Of a DNA stretch of 64,000 bases, positions 46,567 to 56,609 are shown one piece after another. The notes beneath the pieces were generated by a model. It had not been told where the DNA came from. It did not search any database and saw only the letters and a list, made by a program, of their open reading frames with translations. Each line of letters begins with the position of its first letter. The first letter of the stretch is position 1. The position numbers were made by a program, and so were the translations under genes. Origin of the DNA: Candidatus Latescibacterota bacterium (GTDB taxonomy: Bacteria; Latescibacterota; UBA2968; UBA8231); NCBI GenBank assembly GCA_965217585.1, contig OZ244561.1, forward strand, positions 3,104,001-3,168,000, written 5' to 3'.

Positions 46567-46768
46567 AGCCAAGTCCCGGTTTTGGGGCATCCTCTAATGA
46601 GTCGCGCAGCTAGTATAATGTCAACAGTACTGCCAACTCCAGCCGCGACCAGCGTCGCAGCAGATCGAAGACCCATAGAAGGGACAAGGCCTCCATCGCC
46701 GACGAGCCGCTTGCCTGCGCCGGTATCGGCGGTTTAATTTGCTCTTACCAACCCAACACGACGTGCCC

Positions 46769-47422
46769 ATGCTAGATTGCAATCCGATCCCACTCTTTCC
46801 CTTGCCGGTGGTCGTCTTCCCCGGCCAAATCGTGCCCCTGCACATATTTGAGCCGCGCTACAAGCAGATGCTCGCCGATGTGCGGGCCGCTGACGAGCGC
46901 GGCGAGACTCTGCCCATTGGCATGATTCTGGGGGAAGACCGCGAGGTGCAGGGCGGGGTGGGCTGCGCGATGCTGTTGGCCAAAGTGCTCGACGAGTTCG
47001 ACGATGGCCGACTCAACATCATCGTCCGCGGCGCGCGACGCTTTCGCATTGCTCGCATCGCCGAGGGCAAGCCCTACTTAGAGGCGTGGGTAGAGTACGT
47101 AGATGACGCCGAGGAGCCGATAGATCCAGTGCTCTTGGCCAAGGCCGTTGCGGCCCTAGAGAAATTGGTGGGGCAACTCGAAGAAGTGACCGGCGCGCGG
47201 GCCGAAGTAGGGCCGCTGCAAAGCGCCTTTCAAATCGCCCAAGTGACGGGCCTCGACTTGGAGATTAGGCAACAACTGCTGGAAATGACGACCGAAAATG
47301 GCCGCCTGCACGCGCTCTGCGAGTACTTTGATCAAATGATCCCCCTGCTAGAGGCGGAAAGCAAGCTCCATCGCCTCTCGTCCTCCAATGGGCACACCGA
47401 GGGCCATGAAGAAGGCTCTTAG
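46769..47422 (+). CDS. LON peptidase substrate-binding domain protein
   Basis: IPLFPL.VVVFPG...PLHIFEPRYKQM, DGRLNI...G..RFRI, RQQLLE. Confidence 0.92.
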   Translation: MLDCNPIPLFPLPVVVFPGQIVPLHIFEPRYKQMLADVRAADERGETLPIGMILGEDREVQGGVGCAMLLAKVLDEFDDGRLNIIVRGARRFRIARIAEGKPYLEAWVEYVDDAEEPIDPVLLAKAVAALEKLVGQLEEVTGARAEVGPLQSAFQIAQVTGLDLEIRQQLLEMTTENGRLHALCEYFDQMIPLLEAESKLHRLSSSNGHTEGHEEGS

Positions 47423-48099
47423 TCGGCTTCGACGAAGATACTACCGGCCACTTCCAACCCCAGCGACACCTCCTTGGCAGCATCGATCTTCAATTGCAGC
47501 GGGCCGTTAAAGGGTGCCCTAGCGGTGACTTCGACCCGGGTGCCCAAGAGCAAGTGCAAATTTTCCATATAGCGCAGCATCTGGGGGTTGCGGTCGCTGA
47601 CTCGGCGGATGACCGCGGATTGGCCGTCTTGTAGCTCGGAGAGACGGCGGTACTTCGGGTGCTCGATCTGGCCTTGCTTGGTGGGGATCGGCTCGCCGTG
47701 AGCGCCGACGGTCGGATAGCCCAAAGCCTCGTCGATGCGATCCTCAAACTCCTCGGAAATAGCGTGCTCTAGGCGATCGGCCTCAGCGTCTATTTGGTCC
47801 CAAGAATAGCCCAACGCTTGGCTGAGATACAGCTCAATCAAGCGGTGATGGCGGATGGTCTCCAAGGCGATCTTCTCGCCGCTGGCCGTTAGCTCGACCC
47901 CTCGGTACGGCGTGTACATGAGCAAATTCATCTCGGCGAGTTTCTTGATCATATTGGTCGCCGAGGCCGCGGCCACTTCCATGCGGCTGGCAATCACCGA
48001 GGTGGTGACGCGCCCGCCGGGCTCGTCGCTGTGCTGCAGTTTGTAGATCGTCTTGAGATAGTCCTCAATAGCCTGAGTAAGCAATCCCCTTACCTCCAA
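47419..48099 (-). CDS. mntR: DtxR/MntR family metal-dependent repressor with C-terminal FeoA domain
   Basis: EDYLKTIY, SATNMIKKL, PYRGVELT, RHHRLIELYL, EADRLEHAIS, HGEPIP. Confidence 0.93.
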   Translation of the reverse strand: MEVRGLLTQAIEDYLKTIYKLQHSDEPGGRVTTSVIASRMEVAAASATNMIKKLAEMNLLMYTPYRGVELTASGEKIALETIRHHRLIELYLSQALGYSWDQIDAEADRLEHAISEEFEDRIDEALGYPTVGAHGEPIPTKQGQIEHPKYRRLSELQDGQSAVIRRVSDRNPQMLRYMENLHLLLGTRVEVTARAPFNGPLQLKIDAAKEVSLGLEVAGSIFVEAD

Positions 48100-48142
48100 G
48101 ATTACGTGCCTTACCTCGTTTTTAAGATAGGGCCAAAAGCAG

Positions 48143-48206
48143 ATTTAGCAATGACCTTGACAAATTTTTAGCCATGACTAAATTTTATTTTTGTATGCAA
48201 CTAAAA
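48143..48206. promoter_or_regulatory. Tandem DtxR/MntR-type boxes overlapping the ABC operon promoter
   Basis: TTTAG-CCATGA-CTAAA at 48167-48182 with weaker flanking copies (tttagcaatgaccttg; ttttgtatgcaactaaaa); TTGACA at 48157-48162. Confidence 0.7.
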
Positions 48207-48224
48207 TTAGATAAGCAAGGGACT

Positions 48225-49121
48225 ATGCTCTGGATTTTTATTTTGTTGTGCGCTTTGGGTTGCGATGCTCCCGAGCGCGGAGACGGGCGGATTGAGGTGG
48301 TGTGTACTACCGGAATGGTGGCGGACCTCGCTCGCAATATCGGTGGCGACCGCATCGCGGTTGTCGGGATGATGGGTCCGGGCGTCGATCCTCATTACTA
48401 CAAGGCATCGCAAGGCGATTTGGCCAAGCTGACGGGTGCAGATTTGATTCTCTTCAACGGCCTTTTTCTCGAAGGCAAGATGGAAAACATCTTCGCCAAA
48501 ATGGCCCGCAGCAAACAGGTGTTGGCCGTTGCCGAGAAAATACCAGAGGAGCGCTTGCTGCGTCCTCCGGAATTCGAGGGCAACTTCGATCCCCATATAT
48601 GGTTCGACGTATCGCTGTGGGCGCAGACGATCGAGCCGGTCGTGGCTCGCCTGAGCGCACTGGACCCGGACGGGGCGTCGGTCTATCGCCAGAACGGCAC
48701 CCGCTACCGAGCGCGCCTCGACTCGCTGCACCAATGGGTCGTCGAGCAGGTCGAGCTGCTGCCGGAGGCTAGCCGCGTGCTGATTACGGCCCACGACGCC
48801 TTTGGCTATTTTGGCCGGGCCTACGGAGTGGAGGTCATCGGCCTGCAAGGCATTTCCACGGTGGCCGATTACGGGGTCAACGACGTCACCCGGCTAGTCG
48901 ATCTAATCGTGGAGCGCGAGGTCAAGGCCATATTCGTCGAGAGCAGCGTACCCGTGCGCTCGATTGAGGCCGTGCGCGAAGGGTGCTTGGGCCGCGGCTT
49001 CCAAGTGAAAATAGGTGGCACCCTATACTCGGATGCGATGGGGGCCGCCGGCAGCGGTGCCGACACCTATGTGGGCATGGTCGAAAGCAACGTCAACACC
49101 ATGGTGGGAGCCTTGCAATGA
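48225..49121 (+). CDS. Mn/Zn ABC transporter substrate-binding lipoprotein (TroA-like)
   Basis: LGC lipobox, GPGVDPH.Y, NGLFLEG, DPHIWFD, TAHDAFGYF, LYSDAMG. Confidence 0.95.
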   Translation: MLWIFILLCALGCDAPERGDGRIEVVCTTGMVADLARNIGGDRIAVVGMMGPGVDPHYYKASQGDLAKLTGADLILFNGLFLEGKMENIFAKMARSKQVLAVAEKIPEERLLRPPEFEGNFDPHIWFDVSLWAQTIEPVVARLSALDPDGASVYRQNGTRYRARLDSLHQWVVEQVELLPEASRVLITAHDAFGYFGRAYGVEVIGLQGISTVADYGVNDVTRLVDLIVEREVKAIFVESSVPVRSIEAVREGCLGRGFQVKIGGTLYSDAMGAAGSGADTYVGMVESNVNTMVGALQ

Positions 49122-49888
49122 GCGTACCCCATCCCATCCAGATCCACGACATGACCATTGCCTACCACAAGAAGCCGGTGCTGTGGGACGTCGATCTCGA
49201 TGTGCCCGAAGGGCAGCTCGTGGGCATCATCGGTCCCAACGGCTCGGGCAAAAGCACCATGATCAAGGCCGTTATGGATCTCGTACCCAAGGCGTCGGGA
49301 TGGGTCAAAATCTACGGCGAGGACTACCGCCAGATGCGCAAGATCATCGGCTATGTACCGCAGCGCGAGTCCGTGGATTGGGACTTCCCCATCAGCGCGC
49401 TCGACGTGGTGCTGATGGGCCGCTACGGCCACGTGGGATGGATGCGGCGGCCGCGCAAGGAAGATCGCCGCTTGGCTTGGGCGGCCCTCGACGAGGTGGG
49501 CATGGCCTCCTTTGCCGAGCGGCAAATAAGCCAGCTATCGGGCGGCCAGCAGCAGCGGGTCTTTCTCGCCCGCGCCTTGGCCCAAGAGGCCCGCATCTAC
49601 ATCATGGACGAGCCGCTTGCCGGCGTGGATGCGGCGACCGAGCGCGCGATTATCGCCAGCTTGATCGCCCTGCGCCAGCAGGGAAAAACCATCTTGGTCG
49701 TACACCACGACTTGCAAACCGTAACCGAATACTTCGATTGGGTCATCATGCTCAATATGCGGGTCGTGGCGTCCGGCCCAACCCGCGAGGTCTTTACCGA
49801 CGCCAACCTGCAAAAAACCTATGGAGGCCGGCTGACCGTGCTCTCGCAGGCCGCCCAAGCCATGGCTGAGCAGCGGCGCGAGGGCTGA
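49118..49888 (+). CDS. Mn/Zn ABC transporter ATP-binding protein (TroB-like)
   Basis: GPNGSGKST, YVPQR.SVDWDFP, LSGGQQQRVFLARAL, MDEP, VHHDL. Confidence 0.96.
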   Translation: MSVPHPIQIHDMTIAYHKKPVLWDVDLDVPEGQLVGIIGPNGSGKSTMIKAVMDLVPKASGWVKIYGEDYRQMRKIIGYVPQRESVDWDFPISALDVVLMGRYGHVGWMRRPRKEDRRLAWAALDEVGMASFAERQISQLSGGQQQRVFLARALAQEARIYIMDEPLAGVDAATERAIIASLIALRQQGKTILVVHHDLQTVTEYFDWVIMLNMRVVASGPTREVFTDANLQKTYGGRLTVLSQAAQAMAEQRREG

Positions 49889-49890
49889 CG

Positions 49891-51219
49891 ATGCTAGTCG
49901 AAAATGCCCTGCGCTTTTTGAGCTTGGCCGACGCCAACGTGCGCTTCGTGCTGATCGGCTCCCTGCTGATCGGCGCGACCGGGGGGTTGCTGGGGTCGTT
50001 TGCGGTGTTGCGGCGGCGCAGCCTCGTCGGCGACGCGCTGGCGCACGCGGCCCTGCCCGGGGTGGCGTTGGCCTATCTGTGGACTGGGAGCAAGGCCCTG
50101 CCGGTGCTGCTGACGGGCGCGGCGATTTCCGGGGTGCTCGGCGTGTTGGTGATGCAGTTCATCATCAACTTTACCCGCATCAAAGCGGATGCGGCCATCG
50201 GCATTGTGCTGTCGGTATTTTTTGGCGTGGGGATCGTGCTGTTGACCCACGTTCAGCGGGTCGGCACGGGCAATCAGAGCGGCTTGGACAAGTTCCTCTT
50301 TGGGCAAGCCGCCTCACTGGTGGATGACGACCTGCGCGTAATGAGCGTGCTGGCGGGCTTCATCATCCTCGCGGTGGCCTTGTTTTTTAAGGAGTTCAAG
50401 GCGCTGATTTTCGACGCAGACTTTTTGCAGACGCTCGGCTACTCGTCCCGCTGGATCGACGCCTTGCTGATGGGGTTGATTGCGCTGACGGTGATCGTGG
50501 GCTTGCAGGCTGTCGGCGTGGTGCTGATTGCGGCCATGCTCATCACGCCCGCCGTGGCGGCCCGCTTTTGGACCGAGCAGTTGCACAAGATGGTGCTGCT
50601 CGCCGCTGCTTTCGGGGGGTTGTCGGGGGCCGTCGGCACCTTCATCAGCTCCTTGGTGCCGCGGATTCCCACCGGCCCGGTGATGGTACTCATCGCCACC
50701 TTGTGCTTTGTGGTCTCGGCTCTTTTTGCGCCTCGGCGAGGGGTGTTGGCGCGGTGGCGCAGGCAGCGGCACAACAGCCGCCGCGAGAGCCGACAGCACT
50801 TTTTGCGCGCCTGCATCGAGCTGCAAGAGAAGCTGGGGACGGGCCGCTCCTTGGCCGTGGAAGAGCTGGCCATTGAGATGGGCCTGTCGCCGGACCGGGT
50901 CAAACGCCTTGGGCGGCGGCTCGCCGAGAAGGGACTAGTCTCCGATCAAAGTGGGCATTTCACCCTGACGGCCCTAGGCGCGGAGGAAGGGCTTTTCGTG
51001 GTCAAATCACACCGTTTGTGGGAGCACTATTTGTATTATCGGGCCATACTCGACGCCGATCACGTGGATCGGCCCGCCGACGAAGTCGAGCACTTGCTGA
51101 CGCCGGAAATCATCGCCCAGCTAGAGGACATCCTCCAGCGCGAGCAAGGGCTGGACCCGGCCCGGATCGTCAATATCCACGGCACCGGCAGCCACTACCG
51201 CCGGGGAGGCCGCGAATGA
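49891..51219 (+). CDS. Metal ABC permease (TroC-like) fused to a C-terminal DtxR-like domain
   Basis: GDALAHAALPG, ADAAIG, LFGQAA, GLQAVGVVL; C-terminal wHTH plus HRLWEHYL...ADEVEH. Confidence 0.92.
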   Translation: MLVENALRFLSLADANVRFVLIGSLLIGATGGLLGSFAVLRRRSLVGDALAHAALPGVALAYLWTGSKALPVLLTGAAISGVLGVLVMQFIINFTRIKADAAIGIVLSVFFGVGIVLLTHVQRVGTGNQSGLDKFLFGQAASLVDDDLRVMSVLAGFIILAVALFFKEFKALIFDADFLQTLGYSSRWIDALLMGLIALTVIVGLQAVGVVLIAAMLITPAVAARFWTEQLHKMVLLAAAFGGLSGAVGTFISSLVPRIPTGPVMVLIATLCFVVSALFAPRRGVLARWRRQRHNSRRESRQHFLRACIELQEKLGTGRSLAVEELAIEMGLSPDRVKRLGRRLAEKGLVSDQSGHFTLTALGAEEGLFVVKSHRLWEHYLYYRAILDADHVDRPADEVEHLLTPEIIAQLEDILQREQGLDPARIVNIHGTGSHYRRGGRE

Positions 51220-52493
51220 TCGAAGGCGCTTTCTGGATCGTACTTACCGGTGTGTTGGTTACCGCGTCCTGCGCCCTGTTGGGCACCTTCTTAGTGCTGC
51301 GCAAGATGTCGCTATTGGGCGACGCTTTGAGCCACGCCGTGCTGCCTGGGATCGCCGTGGCCTTCCTGCTGTCGGGCAGCCGCGCGGTGCTGCCGATGTT
51401 TTTGGGGGCAGCCGCCTTCGGCTTGTTGACCGCGCTGTTAGTCGAGGCATTTCACCGGCGGTGGCGCGTGCAAGAGGACGCGGCCATCGGCATTGTGTTT
51501 ACCGCGCTTTTCGCGCTGGGCGTGGTGATCATCACCGCGTATGCCGGTCAAGTGGATCTCGATCAGGAGTGCGTGCTCTACGGCGAGATCGCCTATACCC
51601 CTTGGGATCTGCTGCTGTGGGGAGACGAGTCGCTGGGGCCGCGGCCAGTGTGGATATTGGGCGCGGTGCTGGCGATTAACCTGATTGTGATCGCGCTCTT
51701 GTACAAGGAATTCAAGATCTCCGCGTTCGATCCGGCCATGGCCATGTCGGTGGGGATCAACGCCGCGCTGATGCACTATCTGTTGATGGGGTTGGTGGCG
51801 CTGACCACGGTGGCGTCGTTTGAGTCCGTGGGCGCGATTTTGGTCGTGGCCATGCTGATCGTGCCCGGGGCAGCCGCCTACCTGTGGAGCGACCGGCTCA
51901 TCGCGGTGCTGGGGTTGGCCGTGTTCTTTGGGATGGCCTCGGCCGTGGCGGGTTATTTTTTGGCCAGCTTCTGGAATAGCTCCATCGCCGGCGCTATGGT
52001 GGTGGTCATCGGCGGGATATTCCTCTTTTCTTTGCTTTTTTCACCCAATCAGGGCGTGCTGGCGCGGGTCTATCAGCGCGTGCGGCTGTCGCTACAAGTG
52101 GCGCAAGATCACATGCTGCTCGCGCTAGTGCGGCGCAAGGAGAAGGAGGCCGAGCGCGCTGGGCTGCGGCCCGCCGAGCTGGTGGCGGCCGCGGCCGTTT
52201 GGAACCTGCTGGCGCGGCTGGCGTTTGGCAATCTGCGGCGGCGGCAACTGCTGGTACAGGCGAATGGCGTGGTCGAATTGTCGGCAAAGGGCCAACAAAC
52301 CGCGCTGCGCCTGTTGCGCAATCACCGGCTTTGGGAGACCTATATGAGTCATTTGGGCCTGCCCGAAGATCACGTCCACGACCCGGCCGACGCGATTGAG
52401 CACTTTATCGGCGGCGAGCTGGCAGCCGAGTTGGACGCGCAGATCAGCGACGAACAAGATCCGCAAGGCAAGCAAATCCCGCCCTCTCATTGA
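51216..52493 (+). CDS. Metal ABC permease (TroD-like) fused to a C-terminal DtxR-like domain
   Basis: GDALSHAVLPG, EDAAIG, DLDQECVLYGE, FESVGAILV; HRLWETYM...HVHDPADAIEH...DPQGKQIP. Confidence 0.92.
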   Translation: MIEGAFWIVLTGVLVTASCALLGTFLVLRKMSLLGDALSHAVLPGIAVAFLLSGSRAVLPMFLGAAAFGLLTALLVEAFHRRWRVQEDAAIGIVFTALFALGVVIITAYAGQVDLDQECVLYGEIAYTPWDLLLWGDESLGPRPVWILGAVLAINLIVIALLYKEFKISAFDPAMAMSVGINAALMHYLLMGLVALTTVASFESVGAILVVAMLIVPGAAAYLWSDRLIAVLGLAVFFGMASAVAGYFLASFWNSSIAGAMVVVIGGIFLFSLLFSPNQGVLARVYQRVRLSLQVAQDHMLLALVRRKEKEAERAGLRPAELVAAAAVWNLLARLAFGNLRRRQLLVQANGVVELSAKGQQTALRLLRNHRLWETYMSHLGLPEDHVHDPADAIEHFIGGELAAELDAQISDEQDPQGKQIPPSH

Positions 52494-52506
52494 TGCAGAG
52501 GCCAGC

Positions 52507-53109
52507 ATGATCCGGCTGAAGAGCAAAGATGCAGACCTCAAGCGAACCTACGCGCGGGACCTGTGGGCTTCGGTGGGGTTTGCGGTCCTGTTGCTCGCTG
52601 CGGTGGTGGCGATTGATCCGCAGATTGTATTCGATGCGAGCAGGCCCATGAAGCGTCCCGTGATTATCGAGATAGAACCCGTTCCTGCGACCGAGATGCG
52701 GCTGCCCTTGCCGCCGCCGCCGGTCCGGCGCATCGAGCCAGTGGCGTACGCGCCGCCCGTGCGCGAGCATAAACTGCCGCCACCCGTAGTGGTGACCGAG
52801 TTTCCTTTGGAGACGGAAGAGGAGGTTGCGGAGTTGTGGATGGTGGAGCAGCCGCCGAAAGTGCTTAAGAAGGTTATGCCGGCCTATCCCGACAGTGCGC
52901 GGAGAGCATTGGTGGAGGGCAAGGTCTTTGTGCGGGTGTTGGTGGGGCGAGAGGGGCGGGTCGAGCACATCGACCGCATCGAGGGGCCGCAGGTCTTTCA
53001 GCGCGTGGTGGCGCAGGCCGCCAAGGCTTGGGAGTTTGCGCCGGCTGTGCAAAACGACCGCGCCGTCCCAGTGTGGGTCAGTTTGCCGTTTGTGTTTGAG
53101 CTGGAGTAA
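52507..53109 (+). CDS. tonB: Energy transducer TonB family protein
   Basis: N-terminal TM, Pro-rich linker, P.YP..AR...VEGKV.V..LV...G.V, W.F.PA. Confidence 0.85.
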   Translation: MIRLKSKDADLKRTYARDLWASVGFAVLLLAAVVAIDPQIVFDASRPMKRPVIIEIEPVPATEMRLPLPPPPVRRIEPVAYAPPVREHKLPPPVVVTEFPLETEEEVAELWMVEQPPKVLKKVMPAYPDSARRALVEGKVFVRVLVGREGRVEHIDRIEGPQVFQRVVAQAAKAWEFAPAVQNDRAVPVWVSLPFVFELE

Positions 53110-53430
53110 TCAGCCGCCAGCGCGCTTGGCCTGATAGCCGCGCTTGGCTAGCTCGGCGAGTACGACTTCCACTTTATCCCCCTGAATTTCTATTACGCGA
53201 TCGACGACCGACCCACCGCTGCCGCATTTGCGCTTGAGTTCAGAGGCGAAGGCTTTCAGTTCGGCTGCGGACAACCGCAGGCCCGAGACCGTGGTGACAG
53301 TCTTGCCGCCGCGGCCCTTTTTCTCGCGGCGCACGCGGGCGATACCGTCGCCAGTGGGTGCCGCATCTTGCTTTTTCGGCGGCGGTACGCGGCCGGTATC
53401 AGAGGAATACACAAGGCGGCTTTTAGCCAT
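53110..53430 (-). CDS. yciH: SUI1/YciH translation factor
   Basis: RLVYSSDTG, GDG..RV.RE.KGRGGK.VT, LKRKCGSGG, IEIQGD, KRAGG. Confidence 0.95.
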   Translation of the reverse strand: MAKSRLVYSSDTGRVPPPKKQDAAPTGDGIARVRREKKGRGGKTVTTVSGLRLSAAELKAFASELKRKCGSGGSVVDRVIEIQGDKVEVVLAELAKRGYQAKRAGG

Positions 53431-54235
53431 GATTGGGATTCTCCATCCCGTGTCCTGCCGCCCGCCGTTCTTGGACTAGGCGCAAGGTCTCGTCGCGCCA
53501 CGCTGCAAACCCGTCGGTATCCACTGCGTCGTGCAGGGTCGCCCTTTTGGCGTAGGGCACGTAGTTGCCGATGTGCCATAGCGTATTGCGGTAGAGGCAG
53601 AAGTCGCCGGCGTCGAGGAAGAGCTGCCGGGCACCGGGCATACTCTGTACATAGCTGAGGCAGGTCCGCTCGCGTTCGGTAGCGGATTGTCCTTCGAGAT
53701 CGGGCGTGGCAATGGGGCGCTCGGGGAAACGAGTGCGCTCGCACGGCAGGTCGCGGCGCAGGTGGCTGCCGGGGACGACCCACGTGCATGAGTCGGCGTA
53801 CAGGGCGCAGTTGACTTGGTTGAAGTAGCGGTCGTCGGCAAAGTGCTCGTCCCAGCGCGCCAGTTCCAAGCCGGGCATATTGTCGCGCCAGTCGCGGTGC
53901 CAGTGGGTACACCACGGCCACTCGGCCGGCTCGAAGAGTACGCCCATGATCTGCGGGCCGCCGACGCGAAACGCCGGCGAGAGTAAGCGGTGCAGAGCGT
54001 CGTTGAGCGCCGGGAGCGCGACGTAGTCGGCGAAGGGCTGCTGGTCGAGCGGAAAGTCGGCCATCGGCTGCAAGCGCTGGGCTTGGGGGCCACGCTGTTG
54101 ACGAGCCAAGTCCCGCGCCTTGTCGCAGACTCGGCGTAGGTCGGCGACGAGGGAAGGCGGCAGGATTTGGCGGAAGACCGTGTAGCCCTGCGTGCGGTAC
54201 TCGTCGATGTGGCGGTCGGAAAAGGCGAAGGCCAT
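53423..54235 (-). CDS. Phytanoyl-CoA dioxygenase (PhyH) family protein
   Basis: YRTQGYTVFR, WHRD, VVPGSH, LWH.G.Y, R.TLH. Confidence 0.87.
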   Translation of the reverse strand: MAFAFSDRHIDEYRTQGYTVFRQILPPSLVADLRRVCDKARDLARQQRGPQAQRLQPMADFPLDQQPFADYVALPALNDALHRLLSPAFRVGGPQIMGVLFEPAEWPWCTHWHRDWRDNMPGLELARWDEHFADDRYFNQVNCALYADSCTWVVPGSHLRRDLPCERTRFPERPIATPDLEGQSATERERTCLSYVQSMPGARQLFLDAGDFCLYRNTLWHIGNYVPYAKRATLHDAVDTDGFAAWRDETLRLVQERRAAGHGMENPNHG

Positions 54236-54244
54236 GGCGGGGTC

Positions 54245-54955
54245 TCAGACGTGCGCCACGTGAAAGCCTTGGGGCGGCTCGAAGTGCTCGGCGCGTTTGC
54301 CGATATAGTGGCAGATGAAACTGCGCCGCCAGCGGTCGGCGGTCTGGTTGGGGTAGGAGCCGTGGATGGTCTTGCCGGCGAAGAAGAGGCCGTCGCCCGG
54401 AGCCATGTCGAGACCGACGATTGCCGCCCCGGGAGGTAGCTGGCTCTGCGCGCGGGTAAAAGAAACATTCGTGTCGGCTTTTTCAACGGGCCGGAGTTGG
54501 CCGTGCGAGCCGGGGACGACGACCATCTGACCCACGGCGTCGTCGGACGGGTCTAGGGCGATCCACAGGCCGATCAGTGGTTTGGTAGTGATGTACTGCT
54601 CGTCTTGGTGCAGGCCCTGACCACGGCCGCCGGGCGGCTTGAAGTAGAGCATAGTCTGGCGCAGGACAGGCTCGTCGTTGATGAGCTGTTCGACCGCGGC
54701 GAGCAGATCGGGGCGGGTAGCCCAAGTGGCGCTGGCGGGGTCCCAGTCGTGCATGTTGATCATGCGCGGGTAGGTGTGGTTGGGATCGTCGGGTCGGTCG
54801 TCGGTACCGCCGCTGTCGCCCGGATGGGGGCCTTGGGCACGCAGTTCCATGTAGTGGTCAATCATGGCTTCGGCTTGGTCGGGTGCGAACACCTTGGGCA
54901 CGGTGAGGTAGCCTTGGTCGCGGTAGGATTGTACTTGGGCGGCGTTGAGCTTCAC
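54245..54955 (-). CDS. Phytanoyl-CoA dioxygenase (PhyH) family protein
   Basis: Y.DQGYL, YFKPPGG, HQD, WIALD, VPGSH, IHGS.PN, RRSFICHY. Confidence 0.92.
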   Translation of the reverse strand: MKLNAAQVQSYRDQGYLTVPKVFAPDQAEAMIDHYMELRAQGPHPGDSGGTDDRPDDPNHTYPRMINMHDWDPASATWATRPDLLAAVEQLINDEPVLRQTMLYFKPPGGRGQGLHQDEQYITTKPLIGLWIALDPSDDAVGQMVVVPGSHGQLRPVEKADTNVSFTRAQSQLPPGAAIVGLDMAPGDGLFFAGKTIHGSYPNQTADRWRRSFICHYIGKRAEHFEPPQGFHVAHV

Positions 54956-55032
54956 GGTGGGTTACTCCCTAAGTGATGGGTATCTGCTCCGTAACTTAGT
55001 GAACAGGGTCACGGGCTTCAACCAATGGCGAT

Positions 55033-56172
55033 TTACCATTCGGTTACGCGCTTCTTGGCGAAATAAGCCCGGTCCCACTCGGCTCCCCAGCCGGGGCCAG
55101 CCGGTGGCGCAATGTGACCATCGACGGGCAGTGGGGGATTGAGTAGGCCGATCTCGCGGCCGATCTCGTCGCGGCTACCACCGGGGAAGTACTCGTAATA
55201 AGTGGTGTTTTGCAGGGCGCAGACTAGGTGGGCGTGGACTAGGCCAAAAAGGCCGCCCGGACCGTTGAATTCGATGGTGGTGCGATAGGCAGCGGCCATC
55301 GCGGCGAGTTTGAGGGTGGCCGTGGTGCCGTGGCGGGCATTGGCGCGGACGAGATCCGTGGCATTGGCGCGGACCCAAGCGGTGCAGATCTCGTAATCGT
55401 GCATCAGGGTCTCAAGGGCCATGACTGGGATGTCGAGTTCGGCGCACAGCGTTTGCAAGCCCTGGAGGTCGCGGTCGGAAATGGCCTCCTCGAACCAGCC
55501 GTAGTTGAGTTCTTCCAGCGCACGGCCAACGCGCAGGGCTTCGCGCAGGGTATAGGGGCTGCCGGCCGCGTCGTGTAACAGATCAATGTCGGGACCGACG
55601 TGATCGCGGATGGCACGCGACCAAGCGATATTGGTGTCGGGGGGGCCGGACCAATGGTCTTTGAGCGCCACAAAGCCCGCTGCGAGCGCCTTATCTGCGC
55701 CTTCTAGGGCGGCGTCGAGACTGCCGGAAGGGAAGTTGTAATAAGCCCGGCAACGCGGACGCGCCCGGCCGATTAGGGCGCAGATCGGGAGGCCGGCGGC
55801 TTGCCCGGCGATGTCCCAGAGGCAATTGTCGAAAGCCCCGTGCCAGCCCGGGCGCGAAAACAGCGAACGGGTGGCCCAGCGCAGCTTGTCGTCGAGCTGC
55901 TCGCGGTCGAGCGGGTCTTGGCCGATGGCCATGATTCGCAGGGCCTCTAGTTCCTCGCGGCGCATGGTCTGGTAGCGGGCGTCGCCGACCGTGCAGATGC
56001 CCTCCAAGCCTTCGTCGGTCAGCACGTGCAGCACGTGGATGGGGGCCTCGGCGCGGTGGTGGCCGTGGGGCTGCCAGCGGGTGCGATGGCCGTAGGGGAC
56101 TTGTTCTAGATCGAAGAGGGGAGTGGTGGCTGGAAGCTCGAAAACCGAGAGTTTGATGGCCGTGATTTTCAC
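55033..56172 (-). CDS. Mandelate racemase/muconate lactonizing enzyme family protein
   Basis: DNCLWDIAG, ALKDH, LLHD, WFEE, ALET, YYEY, PGWGAE. Confidence 0.87.
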   Translation of the reverse strand: MKITAIKLSVFELPATTPLFDLEQVPYGHRTRWQPHGHHRAEAPIHVLHVLTDEGLEGICTVGDARYQTMRREELEALRIMAIGQDPLDREQLDDKLRWATRSLFSRPGWHGAFDNCLWDIAGQAAGLPICALIGRARPRCRAYYNFPSGSLDAALEGADKALAAGFVALKDHWSGPPDTNIAWSRAIRDHVGPDIDLLHDAAGSPYTLREALRVGRALEELNYGWFEEAISDRDLQGLQTLCAELDIPVMALETLMHDYEICTAWVRANATDLVRANARHGTTATLKLAAMAAAYRTTIEFNGPGGLFGLVHAHLVCALQNTTYYEYFPGGSRDEIGREIGLLNPPLPVDGHIAPPAGPGWGAEWDRAYFAKKRVTEW

Positions 56173-56286
56173 AAGTTTTGCGCAGGTTGAGGTGGAAATG
56201 GGCCACCAGCGGGCCGATATAGTGCGCCGAGCGTGGCGCTATCTGTTGAATCCATTTTCCCCATGAAAGAGTCCTTGAATCCACCG

Positions 56287-56604
56287 CTAGCGAACGGCTT
56301 GGACTTTGAAGTGTAATCCTTCGCGCTTTTGAAGGCATCCGATAATCTCAAATAGGTTCCGAGCTTGGGGGTTGCCGTTGGGGCTGAACATGCGCATCAA
56401 GCTCTTGGGCGACTTCGCGGTCAACCCGCCTAGCTCCTGAAAACCAATGGTCGCGTTGATGTAGTCGCGCAATACCGCCTTGCCGGTGTCCATATCGCCC
56501 GAAAGCAGGCTCTCGACCCCTTCCTTGAGCAGTTCCTCGCGGAAGGTCGGATCGCGCGCTATGCGCGCTTGGATCGTTTCCTTGAAATTTCGCGTCAGAA
56601 CCAT
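56287..56604 (-). CDS. Addiction-module antidote (HTH antitoxin)
   Basis: LTRNFKETI, GKAVLRDYINATIGF, KSLMRM..P.GNP.A.NLF; GGAGG RBS. Confidence 0.88.
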   Translation of the reverse strand: MVLTRNFKETIQARIARDPTFREELLKEGVESLLSGDMDTGKAVLRDYINATIGFQELGGLTAKSPKSLMRMFSPNGNPQARNLFEIIGCLQKREGLHFKVQAVR

Positions 56605-56609
56605 AGTTT

